Assembly: GCA_963818745.1 (NCBI GenBank)
Contig: CAWFTI010000003.1
Coordinates: forward strand, 565,876-629,875
Reading direction: 5' to 3'
DNA from: Thermoplasmatota archaeon
GTDB lineage: Archaea > Thermoplasmatota > Thermoplasmata > UBA10834
Length of the DNA stretch: 64,000 nt
Both the position numbers and the translations under genes were made by a program. Positions within the stretch are counted from its first letter, which is position 1. Each line of letters begins with the position of its first letter. Positions 9,740 through 19,076 of the stretch are shown here, piece by piece. Under the pieces are notes generated by a model. That model was not told the DNA's origin. It ran no database searches and was given only the letters and a program-made list of their open reading frames with translations.

Positions 9740-11440
9740 ATGGCCACGAATTCCTTCCTCACGCTCACCGAGTCGATCATGGAAGAGATTCTATCATGGA
9801 ACCCCTCATACGCGACCCACCTGGGCGTTCACAAGTACGACCATCTTCTGCCAGACCCCAGCCCTGAATCGTACGAGCACCAGGTCAAGCGCCTCGGGGA
9901 GTTCATCGAGATGATGCAGGGCACGTCGGAGTGCACGATGGCTTCCGAGGAGATACTGGACAGGGACCTCGCCGTGCACCTGTTCGAACTGAGGCTGCAC
10001 GAGATCCTGGCCCTGAGACACCACGAGCGGATGTCGCTCGTCGCAGACGAGATCGGCAGCTCCCTATTCTACCTGTTCGCGAGGGAGCATCTGAAGATCG
10101 AGGACAGGATGGAAAGGATCGCCTCCAGGCTCGATAAGGTCCCGCGGTTCGCGCAGGACTCGATGAGGTGCCTGGTCTCACCGTACCGCCTCTGGAACGA
10201 GGTCTCGCTCCAGACTGGCGCCGCGTTCCCGTCTTTCCTCAGGGTGATCGAGGGGATGGCCTTCGAGAAGCTGGGCGATTGCGACCTGACCAAGCGGCTG
10301 GCCGCAGCGTCCGCGAAGGCCGAGAAGGCGCTGGAGGAGTACGACAGGTGGCTGAAGGAGCAGGTGATGCCCAAGGCGGTCGACAGATACTCCGTCTCTC
10401 GGGAGGCCTTCGACCGATACATGGACCTGAAGCAGCTGGGCGTCACCGCAGAGCAGGCGCTCGAGATCGGCCAGGAATCGATCAAGGTCATCAACCGCAT
10501 GAAGGCAGACCTCGCGCGGAGGATAGTCCCCTCGGGGGATGTGCACGAAGCGATGGAGAAGGTGAAGGCAGACCATCCGACCAACTTCGAGGGAGTCCTG
10601 AAGGCGTACCGCGACTCGATCCGCGCCGCGCGTGAGTTCGTCATAGAGCACGAGATCGCGACCATGCCCATCGGGGAGAAGCTGGTCGTCATCGAGACCC
10701 CCGAGTTCATGAGGCACACCACGCCTTTCGCGGCCCAGATAGAGCCGGGCAAATTCACCACGGACAAGACGGGGCTGTTCCTGGTCACCCCGGACGATTC
10801 GAACCCCGCCCTCCTGAAGGAGCACTCGTACCGGGGGATAGCGAACACCAGCGTCCACGAAGGCTATCCCGGACACCACCTGCAGGGCATCTGCGGGAAC
10901 GAGAACCCGTCCTATGTGCGCGTCTTGAGCGGCGCGACCGACTTCGCGGAGGGCTGGGCGCTGTACTGCGAGGACATGATGCTGTCCCTGGGATACAACG
11001 ACACACCCGAGGGCAGGCTCGCGCAGCTGATCGACCTCAAGTTCAGGGTGGCCCGGGTCGTCGCCGAGGTCAAGCTCTCACGAGGCGAGATGACCGTGGA
11101 CGACGTCGCGGACATGCTCGTGAGGGAATGCTGCATGGAGGAGAGGGCGGCCCACAACGAGGCCGTGTGCTACGCCTACAGCCCCACATACTACATGTCG
11201 TACTACCTCGGCAAACTGAAGCTGATGCAGCTCAAGGACGATGTCGAGAAGGCCATGGGCCGGGAGTTCTCGCTCAGGTTCTTCCACGACACCATGCTCT
11301 ATGCCGGCTGCCTGCCGATCGACTACATGAGGAGGGTCCTCGCGATCAAGCTCAGGGAGGACTACGGGATAGAACTCGGGCCGGCATCGGAGCCGTTCTA
11401 CGAGTACTCCATGCGGAGGATACGCGCGGGGCTCGTCTAG
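9740..11440 (+). CDS. DUF885 family protein (putative metallopeptidase-like)
   Basis: Signature HEGYPGHHLQ and overall length (566 aa) typical of DUF885. Start MATNSFLTL. Confidence 0.8.
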   Translation: MATNSFLTLTESIMEEILSWNPSYATHLGVHKYDHLLPDPSPESYEHQVKRLGEFIEMMQGTSECTMASEEILDRDLAVHLFELRLHEILALRHHERMSLVADEIGSSLFYLFAREHLKIEDRMERIASRLDKVPRFAQDSMRCLVSPYRLWNEVSLQTGAAFPSFLRVIEGMAFEKLGDCDLTKRLAAASAKAEKALEEYDRWLKEQVMPKAVDRYSVSREAFDRYMDLKQLGVTAEQALEIGQESIKVINRMKADLARRIVPSGDVHEAMEKVKADHPTNFEGVLKAYRDSIRAAREFVIEHEIATMPIGEKLVVIETPEFMRHTTPFAAQIEPGKFTTDKTGLFLVTPDDSNPALLKEHSYRGIANTSVHEGYPGHHLQGICGNENPSYVRVLSGATDFAEGWALYCEDMMLSLGYNDTPEGRLAQLIDLKFRVARVVAEVKLSRGEMTVDDVADMLVRECCMEERAAHNEAVCYAYSPTYYMSYYLGKLKLMQLKDDVEKAMGREFSLRFFHDTMLYAGCLPIDYMRRVLAIKLREDYGIELGPASEPFYEYSMRRIRAGLV

Positions 11441-12015
11441 CCTTCCTTGTCCAGGATGTCGACCCACTCCTCCTCGCCCAGGGTCTCCTCGGCCTGCCAC
11501 GCGCCGGGCTTGTAGGAGTCCGCCATGAACGACTGGAGCATCGGCTCGACGCCCTTGACGGTCCTGCCGGTGCCGTTCCAGCGCTCGATCCTGCCCTTGT
11601 AGCGCTCCTCGATGTCCCTGAGGAGCATCGTGAGCGACTCGAAAACATCCTTCCGGGGCCATCCGGAGTATATCATCGCGATGTAGGCCGACTGCCCCTT
11701 CTCGATCATGACGTTCTTGTCGCCTATCTCCAGCTTCTTGAGCCCGACCTCTCCCGCCTGGAACGAGTCCTTCACGAACTCCTGCACGGCGGTGAACATC
11801 GCGCTCACGATGTCCTTGTCGATGCTGGTGTTCTCCTGCTTGGTGACATGGGCCATGAGCCTTCCGTCGTTGTGTATCAGGAAGATGTTCTCGAGCGCGT
11901 AGGGCCTCGGGATCCTGCTCGCGAGGAAGTACGCAGCCACGCCCGCGGCCAGCAGGAGCAGCGGGAACGAGTACGGATATCCGATGAGCTCGGCCATGGT
12001 CTTCTTGACGCCCAC
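11437..12015 (-). CDS. Membrane-anchored Roadblock/LC7-like domain protein; possibly the C-terminal part of the adhesin immediately upstream
   Basis: TM helix AELIGYPYSFPLLLLAAGVAAYFL, then the Roadblock-like alpha-beta pattern IFLIHNDGRLMAHV ... DKDIVSAMFTAVQEF ... GLKKLEIGDKNVMIEKGQSAYIAMIY. The reading frame is open only from a GTG, 1 nt out of phase with the end of the adhesin. Confidence 0.45.
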   Translation of the reverse strand: MGVKKTMAELIGYPYSFPLLLLAAGVAAYFLASRIPRPYALENIFLIHNDGRLMAHVTKQENTSIDKDIVSAMFTAVQEFVKDSFQAGEVGLKKLEIGDKNVMIEKGQSAYIAMIYSGWPRKDVFESLTMLLRDIEERYKGRIERWNGTGRTVKGVEPMLQSFMADSYKPGAWQAEETLGEEEWVDILDKEG

Positions 12016-15000
12016 CTTCGAAGGTCACGACGTTCGATTCGGCGCCGTCCGCGTCCCTCGCATATATCGTCACGGTGATGACGTCCACGCCGGCGGGCAG
12101 GCTGATGTAGAGGTAGTTGCCCACGACGGCCACGCTGGCCCCCGGCTCCGCGACTATGACGAGCTCGGAGAAGGGCGTCTCGCTGTCGGTGAAGTACATG
12201 TCGATCGCGTAGTGAGCGTTCCTCGGTCCTCCGGCGATGATGTGGTCGGGGATCGGCAGAGCGACAGGCGCGTCGTTAACGGGTATTACATACACAGTGA
12301 CCTGCCACGACGCCCACGCCCCGTGCGGGTCGAACACCTTGAACACGACGGCTTCGAACCCTGACCAGTTCGCCAGCGCGGTGAAGTTGACCACGCCCGA
12401 GGAGTAGATGGTCACCTGGATGTTCGTGTTCCCCGAGAAGAAGTAGCTGAACTCTTCGTCGTCCTGGTCGTAGAAGAGGAGGCTCAGGTCGATCGAGTTG
12501 TTCAGGTAGGTGTCCTCGGGGAATGAGACCAGATCGTAGTATGGCACCGGGTCGACCACCGCGGGGGAGTAGTTGTCGCTGACGAGCACCTCGAACTCGT
12601 TCGCGCCGGACGCCCCGAGCGGGTCGCTGACCTCGATCGCCACGGTGACGATGTACGGCTCCGTGAAAACGGCGCCGGTGAGGTTGGCAGGGAACAGGAG
12701 CTCCAGGAATCCGTCGGCGTAGGTGACGTAGGAGCTGCTGAGGTCGAATGCGAGTTCGTCCAAGGTGTGATCCGCATCGGACACGTAGAGCGCGACGTCC
12801 AGATACGTCGCCGTGTCGTACCTGACATGCACGGTCTCGATGTCGGCAACGACAGGCGCGTCGTTCACCGCGATGACGGTCACCACTATCGTGTCCGTCT
12901 TGAGGGCGCCTATCGGGTCGGTGGCCGTGAGGGTGCCCTCGGTCGAGCCCGACCATTCCGTCGGCGCGGATATGTACACCTCGTGGTTTTCGAGTATGTC
13001 GATGACGATGTTGACGAAGCCGTATGTGTAGACGAGGTACTCGCTGTCGATGTCGAAGAAGTAGAGGTCGAGGTCGAACGCGAAGTGGTCGACCTCGCCC
13101 TCGTACAGCGTCACGTCGGGGAGCGACTCATTGAGGGCCGGGGGAGTGTCCTCCGTGACCCTTACCACCGTGTTCAGAGAGTCAGAGTTCGTGCCGTCCA
13201 CGGTCTCGCCCTCGAGCGCATCGGTCAGGGTGAACTCGACTATCTCGAAGTAGGTCTCCTCCTGGGGGTCCTTCGGGAAGATGAAGGTCCCGATGAGCCT
13301 GTCGAAGAAGACGTTGTCCGGGAAGTCGGAGAGCATCCTCAGCTCGTCCCTCGGGTTGTCGACGTCCTTGACATAGTAGTCGTAGTCGAACGTGTAGGCG
13401 GTGTCGAACTTGACGTACAGCTCCGTGGGCGGGCTGTTGACGAACCGCGGCCTGTCGTTCACGGGCTGGATGCTCACGGCGACGTCCTGGTACGTCGAGA
13501 AGCCCTGAGGGTCCCTGACCCACAGGCGGAACTCGTCGTCCCCGAACGCGTCGGGCTGCGTGAGGAACTTCATGAGCGATTCCGAGGTGCTGTCGTGGAT
13601 GACCAGGTAGAGGGATGTGTCGACGCCCTCGACATACCACCTGAGACTCGAGCGTGCCGTTCGCGTGGTGCCAGTATGTCGACAGGCTGAAGGTCCAGTT
13701 GCTGTCCTCGGTCGAGATCTGCATCGGTATCGTGCCAAGCCACGGGCCGTCGAGAGCGTTGATTACCGTGACTGCGAGGGTGTCGCTAATGCTGCCCACG
13801 CGCACCTCGACCGATCCGACCTCTGGGATGTAGCCCGCCGTGTAGACCGCATTCGGGCCGATCCCGGTCACCTGGCCGGAGGTGTTCGTGCTCCAGATCG
13901 CCCCTGGGATGGCCACAGGATTGCCGAGGTTGTCGTACCCGAACGCCTCGAGCTCCTCGCTCTGTCCCTCGCGTATCGTCAGGGGCCCTGCAGGCACTAT
14001 CTCGATGCGCGCTAGGATGCCCGGGTTCACGGTGATCAGTGCGGTGTCCGAAGCGGAGGTCTCGTCGTCTGTGCATGTGATGGCTCCGACGCCGATCCCG
14101 AGCGCGGAGAATGTGATCGTAAGGCCGGACCCTGCTATCGACCCGATGTCCCCCGCGAGGGTCCAGTTGGGGGTCCAGCTGTTGTTCGTGAAGCCGGAGG
14201 AGTCCCTGCCGACCGCGGTGAACTCCTGCGAATCGCCCGAGAATATCACGAGGGACGAAGGAGATATCTCGATGTCGACGACCGGCCCCGCACGGACAGT
14301 GACCGGAGAGCTCCAGCCGAAGTGCGAGTTGCTGCTCGCCCTGATCAGTATCGTCTCCTCGGCGTAGTCGTACATCTGATCCGGTATCAGTCACCTGGCC
14401 CCCGTCGGAGGCGGTGATGTCCACCGATGTCACGGACAGGGAGCCCGCGCTCGGCGAGACGGCGTCCTCGAGATAAGATGCAAGGGACACGGTCCCGACC
14501 CAGTTCGGTATGACGGCGTCCGAGGCGTCGCGGGCGCTCACGGTCATCGTGAAGGCGGTGTCCACGAGCACGGAGGACGGGGCCGACACTGCGAAGTGGT
14601 CGGCCGTGACCACGTAGATGCTGCAGCTCAGCCAGGTCGGAGAGCCCTGGGGATCGTACGCACGAATGGTGATGTCGTATGTCCCGTTCTCCAGGCCGAC
14701 AAGGAGCGTGCTGAACACGGACCACGCGGGATTGGAGGAAGTGTCCGTCCTGGAAAGCGTCATCGACACTGGCCCGAGGACCACGGTGCTGTTCGAGGAG
14801 TACGCGACCTCGGCGTCCACGCCGACGATCTCGTAGGTCCCGAACGGGTTCGACACGTTGGCGAGCACGGTGACGTCCTCGCCGTCGGAGAACACGCTCC
14901 TCGCGGACCCGGTGGAGTCCTCGGTCCAGACGGCGTCGGCAGAGATGAACGTGGTCGTGGGGAACCGTATGTAGGAATCGTAGATGTTCTGGTCGTACAT

Positions 15001-15639
15001 GACCTGCAGGGCGTCGTTCAGGGAGTCGCCCCGCCTGATGGTCATCACGAGCTGGTGGTCCGGATCGAGCAGGTAGTCCACGCCCGCCACGGTCGCGTTG
15101 TAGAGCTTGAACTCGGAGTATATCGGCCCCTGGAGAGGTATCGTGACCGTCCCGATCTCGGTCCACAGAGACGGGTCGGCGAGCTGGCCGGGGGCGCAGT
15201 CGGAGAAGATGACAGTCATGAGGGTCGCGGACTCGTTGTCCCTCGACTTGGCCCAGACGTACGCGCTCATGTCCCCCAGGATCTGGACCTGGGAGTTCAC
15301 CGCGGGGTCGAGCACCCAGAAGTGGCGCCAGTGCTCAGAGGGGTTCCACTTCCTGATCGATATGCCCATCGAACCGTCGCCGTCGTAGTCCGCCCAGGAA
15401 GGGTTGTACGGGCCCGAGGAGTTCAGCCAATCGTAGTAGCTCGTCGAGTAGACCGCGCCCTCGTGGAGGTGGAAGGTCCTGGTCCAGGAGGGCAGCGATT
15501 CGGCAGAAGCATCGTTGGAGAGCAGTCCGGAGGGGGGGACCATGGACGAGGCTAGCATGACGAGTGCGAACAGCGCTGTCAACAGCCTCGCGGCCATTGG
15601 AACTCCCTTGGTGTTCTTCGCTATAAGTGCGTTTTCCAC
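12016..15639 (-). CDS. Large secreted surface adhesin with cadherin-like (VNDAP) and Ig-like repeat domains, ~1,200 aa; frameshifts at ~13640 and ~14385; no in-frame stop at the 3' end
   Basis: Signal peptide MAARLLTALFALVMLASS. Repeated domain starts IQPVNDRPRF, VIAVNDAPVV and VIPVNDAPVA, with a Thr/Ser/Val-rich beta-sandwich composition throughout. Three ORFs (13786-15639, 13182-14375, 11078-13738) join colinearly. The last credible residues are ...ESNVVTFEGG at ~12010. Confidence 0.7.
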
Positions 15640-15759
15640 CTGAGTCTGCCCCTACGACCTAGTCTCTCGCACACCGTTTATAGCCGATGCTGGGGTTATA
15701 AGCATTCTCAGGTCGTTATCAGTGTTGGGAACGGCCACTGGCGCGTATACTGGCGGGGG

Positions 15760-16317
15760 CTACTTCGAGCCCATCTTGTCGGCTATCGCCACTCCGAGCG
15801 CCTTGAACAGGGGTTCGACGTTCTGGCCGGTCTTCGCGCTCGTCATGAACGCCTTCGACTTGTACTTGGCCGCCAGCTCCTCGATCTCCGCGTCCTTGAC
15901 CACGCGCTCGTTCTCCATGTCCGCCTTGTTCCCCGCGAACACGATCGGGACATCGCCCGCGACATCCGTCAGCGCCTTGATCCAGTACCTCAGCTCTTCC
16001 AGGGACTCCTTGTTGGTGAGGTCGCATACGGCGATCGCCCCGTGCGCGCCGAAGAAGTACGCCTCCCTGAGGAGCTCCCTGAACCCCTTCTGGCCCATGA
16101 TGTCCCAGACGAGCATCATGACCTTGACGTTGGACCCGGGCTCCTGGACCTCCACGATCTTCTTGGTGACCTTGGTACCGATAGTAGCGATGTATCTGTC
16201 ATCGAAAACGTCGAGCACGAACCTCTTGATGAGGCTGGTCTTTCCAACGCCCGCGTCCCCGATAAAGCAAACTTTGACTTTCATCAGGTCGTCTTCATTC
16301 ATCCAAGTACCCTCCAT
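15760..16317 (-). CDS. Small GTPase, Ras superfamily, Rab-like
   Basis: G1 GDAGVGKTS, switch I YIATIG (the Rab/Ran TIG), G3 WDIMGQ, G4 NKAD, G5 SAK; 185 aa. Confidence 0.85.
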   Translation of the reverse strand: MEGTWMNEDDLMKVKVCFIGDAGVGKTSLIKRFVLDVFDDRYIATIGTKVTKKIVEVQEPGSNVKVMMLVWDIMGQKGFRELLREAYFFGAHGAIAVCDLTNKESLEELRYWIKALTDVAGDVPIVFAGNKADMENERVVKDAEIEELAAKYKSKAFMTSAKTGQNVEPLFKALGVAIADKMGSK

Positions 16318-16719
16318 CTGGGGGCTCGAAAGCTGTTCATTCAGGTAAATACTCGGTGCCTTTTAAGCCTTTGGTACTTGACCTGGCCAGACGGGAGACA
16401 GCCAGCATGCGTTTCCGGGAACGGGCGGAGCCCGGAGTAAGGGGCCAAAGCTATTTACCCCAGATGCGCATAGGAGGTTCACACAGGAGAGTGAAGTATA
16501 GTGTGCGACGAGCCGGTCGCTGAGCCTCTGGATTTTGATATCCAGAAACTCTTTGACGACGACGTATCAGAAGATCGCTGGCTGGAATTCAAGGACAAGT
16601 AAGGGCCTATGGGTTCCGACAGTTCAAACCTCTTAAGATTCCCGGGTTTTTCGTACTGCAAATGACGGACATTTCGTGCGATGGCTTTTTCATCCGGTAC
16701 GTTCGTCATCCTCCCCGTG

Positions 16720-17496
16720 ATGGAGCCCAAGAAGCTGCTCGAGCGACTGCGGGGATCCGTCCGCGACATCATCGCCGACTCGAAGGAGGTGGCGGTCGCA
16801 TGGTCCGGCGGATTGGACAGCTCCGTGGTCGAGGCGTTGGCGAGGGAGACCGCCGAGGTCACCTGCTACATATGCGCCGTCAGGGGCGCCCACGACTGGA
16901 ACCTGATACAGGACCTGAAGCGGGCCGGTCGTAAGGACACCGAGGTGCTCGAGATCTCCCACGCGGAGATACTGCGCCTGATACCGAGAGCGGCTGACAT
17001 TCTGGACAGCGTCAAGCCGGTCGAGATCGCATACACCATTCCCATCATCCACGTGCTGGACGAGGCGAAGGAGAGATTGATCCTCGCGGGCAGCGGCGCG
17101 GACGAGCTCTTCGGCGGGTACGCGAAGTACGCTTCCGCGGACGACCCTCGAGAGGCGATGCGCGGCGACCTCGACAAGATGCTGAAGGAGGCCGAGAAGC
17201 TCCATAAGGCCGCGCGGTCGATAGGCAAGAGGCTCGGGTTCCCGTTCGTGGCGGAGGACGTGGTCGAACTCGCATCGGTGTTGCCCACGCGCGACCTGCT
17301 CGGCCCGGGCGGGAGGAAGCTGGTGCTGCGCGAGGTGGCGGTCCTGCTCGGCCTGGACGCCCACGACAGGCCCAAGAAGGCCGCGCAGTACAGCTCCGGG
17401 ATCATGAGGGAGATGGAGCGGCTCGCGAAGAAGGATGGCCTGACCATGTCCGAGTGGACGGAGAGGACGGCCAGGGCGAAGCGCGCAACTGATTAA
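16720..17496 (+). CDS. Asparagine synthetase (AsnB) C-terminal-domain-like PP-loop ATPase lacking a glutaminase domain
   Basis: PP-loop WSGGLDSS and the AsnB signature LAGSGADELFGGY. An alternative start is at 16681. Confidence 0.7.
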   Translation: MEPKKLLERLRGSVRDIIADSKEVAVAWSGGLDSSVVEALARETAEVTCYICAVRGAHDWNLIQDLKRAGRKDTEVLEISHAEILRLIPRAADILDSVKPVEIAYTIPIIHVLDEAKERLILAGSGADELFGGYAKYASADDPREAMRGDLDKMLKEAEKLHKAARSIGKRLGFPFVAEDVVELASVLPTRDLLGPGGRKLVLREVAVLLGLDAHDRPKKAAQYSSGIMREMERLAKKDGLTMSEWTERTARAKRATD

Positions 17497-17521
17497 TATC
17501 CGGGCGCGTCTGTCCCCAGCC

Positions 17522-18895
17522 ATGGGCTATTCCGACCTCGTCGGCTGGATGTTCAACCTCGAGCGGTTCGGCATCAAGCTCGGCCTCGAGAACATGAGGG
17601 AGTTCTCATCGAGGATCGGGGACCCGCACCTCGATTTCAGGACCGTGCACGTGACGGGCACGAACGGGAAGGGCTCCGTGTGCGCGTTCACCGCGGAGAT
17701 CCTGAGGAAGCACGGGCTCAAGGTCGGGCTGTACACCTCCCCGCACCTGGTGGATTTCAGGGAACGGATCAGGATAAACGGCCAGGACATCCCCGAGAAC
17801 GACGTCGTCCGCCTGGGCGAGGAGCTCAGGGGCGAGATGGAGGAGATGGCCGCGGCTGACCCCGAGAAGCAGCTGACTTTCTTCGAGTTCACGACCGGGC
17901 TGGCGTTCAAGCACTTCAGCGAGAAGGACGTGGACATCGTGGTCACGGAGGTCGGCATGGGCGGGAGGCTCGATGCGACCAACATCATCACGCCAGAGGT
18001 CTCGGCCATCACGCGCATAGGGCTCGAGCACACGAACTACCTCGGACGCACGATCCCGGAGATCGCGAGGGAGAAGGCCGGGATCATCAAGGACGGAGTG
18101 GGGGTGGTCACCTGCGAGAGGGCGCTCGAGGCGCTCTCGGTGATAGAGGGCGCGTGCAGGAAGCGGGGATGCGCGATGAGGAGGCTCGGGAAGGAGTTCG
18201 ACGTCGCCAACATCGCCCGCACCCTGAAGGGGACCACGTTCGACTACCGAGGGACCAGGACCCTCCCGAGGCTGGAGACCAGGCTGCTCGGGGCGTACCA
18301 GGCCGAGAACGCCGCGGCCGCGATCGCGATGGTCGAGGAGCTCGCGACGAAGGACCCGCTGATCTCGGAGGAGGACATCAGGAAAGGACTCGCGGCCACC
18401 AAGTGGCCCGGGAGGCTGGACGTCGTCTCGAAGAAGCCGTTCGTCATGTTCGACGGGAGCCACAACCCGGACGGCGTGGCGGCGACCGTGAAGGAGCTCA
18501 CGACCCTCGGGGTCGTCCCGATGACCTACGTCGTTGCATGCATGGACGACAAAGACGCGAGGGGCATCGTGCGGGCTTTGGCGCCGACGGCGGAGAGGAT
18601 CATAGCGACGCAGGCGATGTACAAGAGGGCGCTGCCGGCCGCCGCCCTGGGAGCCATCGTCAGGGAGGAGTTCTCCGGGAGCAGCGAGGTGGTCACTCCA
18701 TCGGTCAAGGCCCTGGAACTCGGCCTCTCGGACATCCGGGGCAAGGGTCTGTGCGCCATCGGTTCGCTCTACCTCGTCGGCGAGGCGATCCAGTGGTGGA
18801 GGAACAGGAGGAGGACGGGGCCGCCCACAGTCCTCCGCACAAGGTATAAATCGCCCCTGTGTATTGAGCCTCAGCAGCACGCGGTGGTAGTGTAG
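17522..18895 (+). CDS. folC: Folylpolyglutamate synthase / dihydrofolate synthase, Mur-ligase family
   Basis: HVTGTNGKGS P-loop, Mur-ligase middle and C-terminal domains, DGSHNP. The Arg-rich C-terminal tail overlaps the tRNA and may be an artefact. Confidence 0.85.
   Translation: MGYSDLVGWMFNLERFGIKLGLENMREFSSRIGDPHLDFRTVHVTGTNGKGSVCAFTAEILRKHGLKVGLYTSPHLVDFRERIRINGQDIPENDVVRLGEELRGEMEEMAAADPEKQLTFFEFTTGLAFKHFSEKDVDIVVTEVGMGGRLDATNIITPEVSAITRIGLEHTNYLGRTIPEIAREKAGIIKDGVGVVTCERALEALSVIEGACRKRGCAMRRLGKEFDVANIARTLKGTTFDYRGTRTLPRLETRLLGAYQAENAAAAIAMVEELATKDPLISEEDIRKGLAATKWPGRLDVVSKKPFVMFDGSHNPDGVAATVKELTTLGVVPMTYVVACMDDKDARGIVRALAPTAERIIATQAMYKRALPAAALGAIVREEFSGSSEVVTPSVKALELGLSDIRGKGLCAIGSLYLVGEAIQWWRNRRRTGPPTVLRTRYKSPLCIEPQQHAVVV
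18843..18853 (+). promoter_or_regulatory. BRE/TATA-like box aaggtataaat ~28 bp upstream of tRNA-Gly, lying inside the folC coding sequence
   Basis: A purine-rich BRE-like dinucleotide plus GTATAAAT at canonical archaeal promoter distance from the mature tRNA 5' end. Confidence 0.45.
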
Positions 18896-18954
18896 CCTGG
18901 TTATCACTTGAGCTTGCCAAGCTCAAAACTCGGGTTCAAATCCCGACGACCGCA
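18881..18954 (+). tRNA. tRNA-Gly (anticodon GCC), no encoded CCA
   Basis: Cloverleaf folded by hand: acceptor GCGGUGG/CGACCGC with one G-G mismatch at 6:67; anticodon stem UGAGC/GCUCA; loop UUGCCAA (U33, GCC, A37); T-arm UCGGG-UUCAAAU-CCCGA; GG in the D-loop; discriminator A. Confidence 0.8.
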
Positions 18955-19076
18955 CTCCGATTCTCTGCACCTCGGTCCCCCCGAAGGCGCCATCGACTCC
19001 AGGAAGGTTCTCGTATGAGATGCGCGATGTCACTAGGCGATTGCGGACCGCGGGTCCCGCACCCTGGTGATGATCG

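Noticed and set aside
11078-12015. Continuation of the adhesin frame (part of the 886-aa ORF) beyond ~12010, and ORF 11128-12078(+)
   Set aside because: Downstream of ...VTFEGG the translation is Arg-rich junk running antisense through the DUF885 gene. The coding signal moves to the TM-Roadblock frame.
12276-15555. ORFs 12276-12956(-), 12767-13690(+), 14387-15166(-), 14596-15555(+) inside the adhesin gene
   Set aside because: Alternative-frame or antisense readings (Arg/Gly/His-rich); the adhesin frames carry signal-peptide and VNDAP repeat structure.
12016-15639. Possible CRISPR-like or tandem DNA repeat in the adhesin gene
   Set aside because: The periodicity is at the protein level (VNDAP domain repeats ~100 aa apart) with divergent nucleotide sequence. 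No short direct repeats with unique spacers occur anywhere in the window.
17606-18907. 433-aa minus-strand ORF antisense to folC
   Set aside because: Arg/Pro-rich, no motifs; folC on the plus strand has a full Mur-ligase signature.
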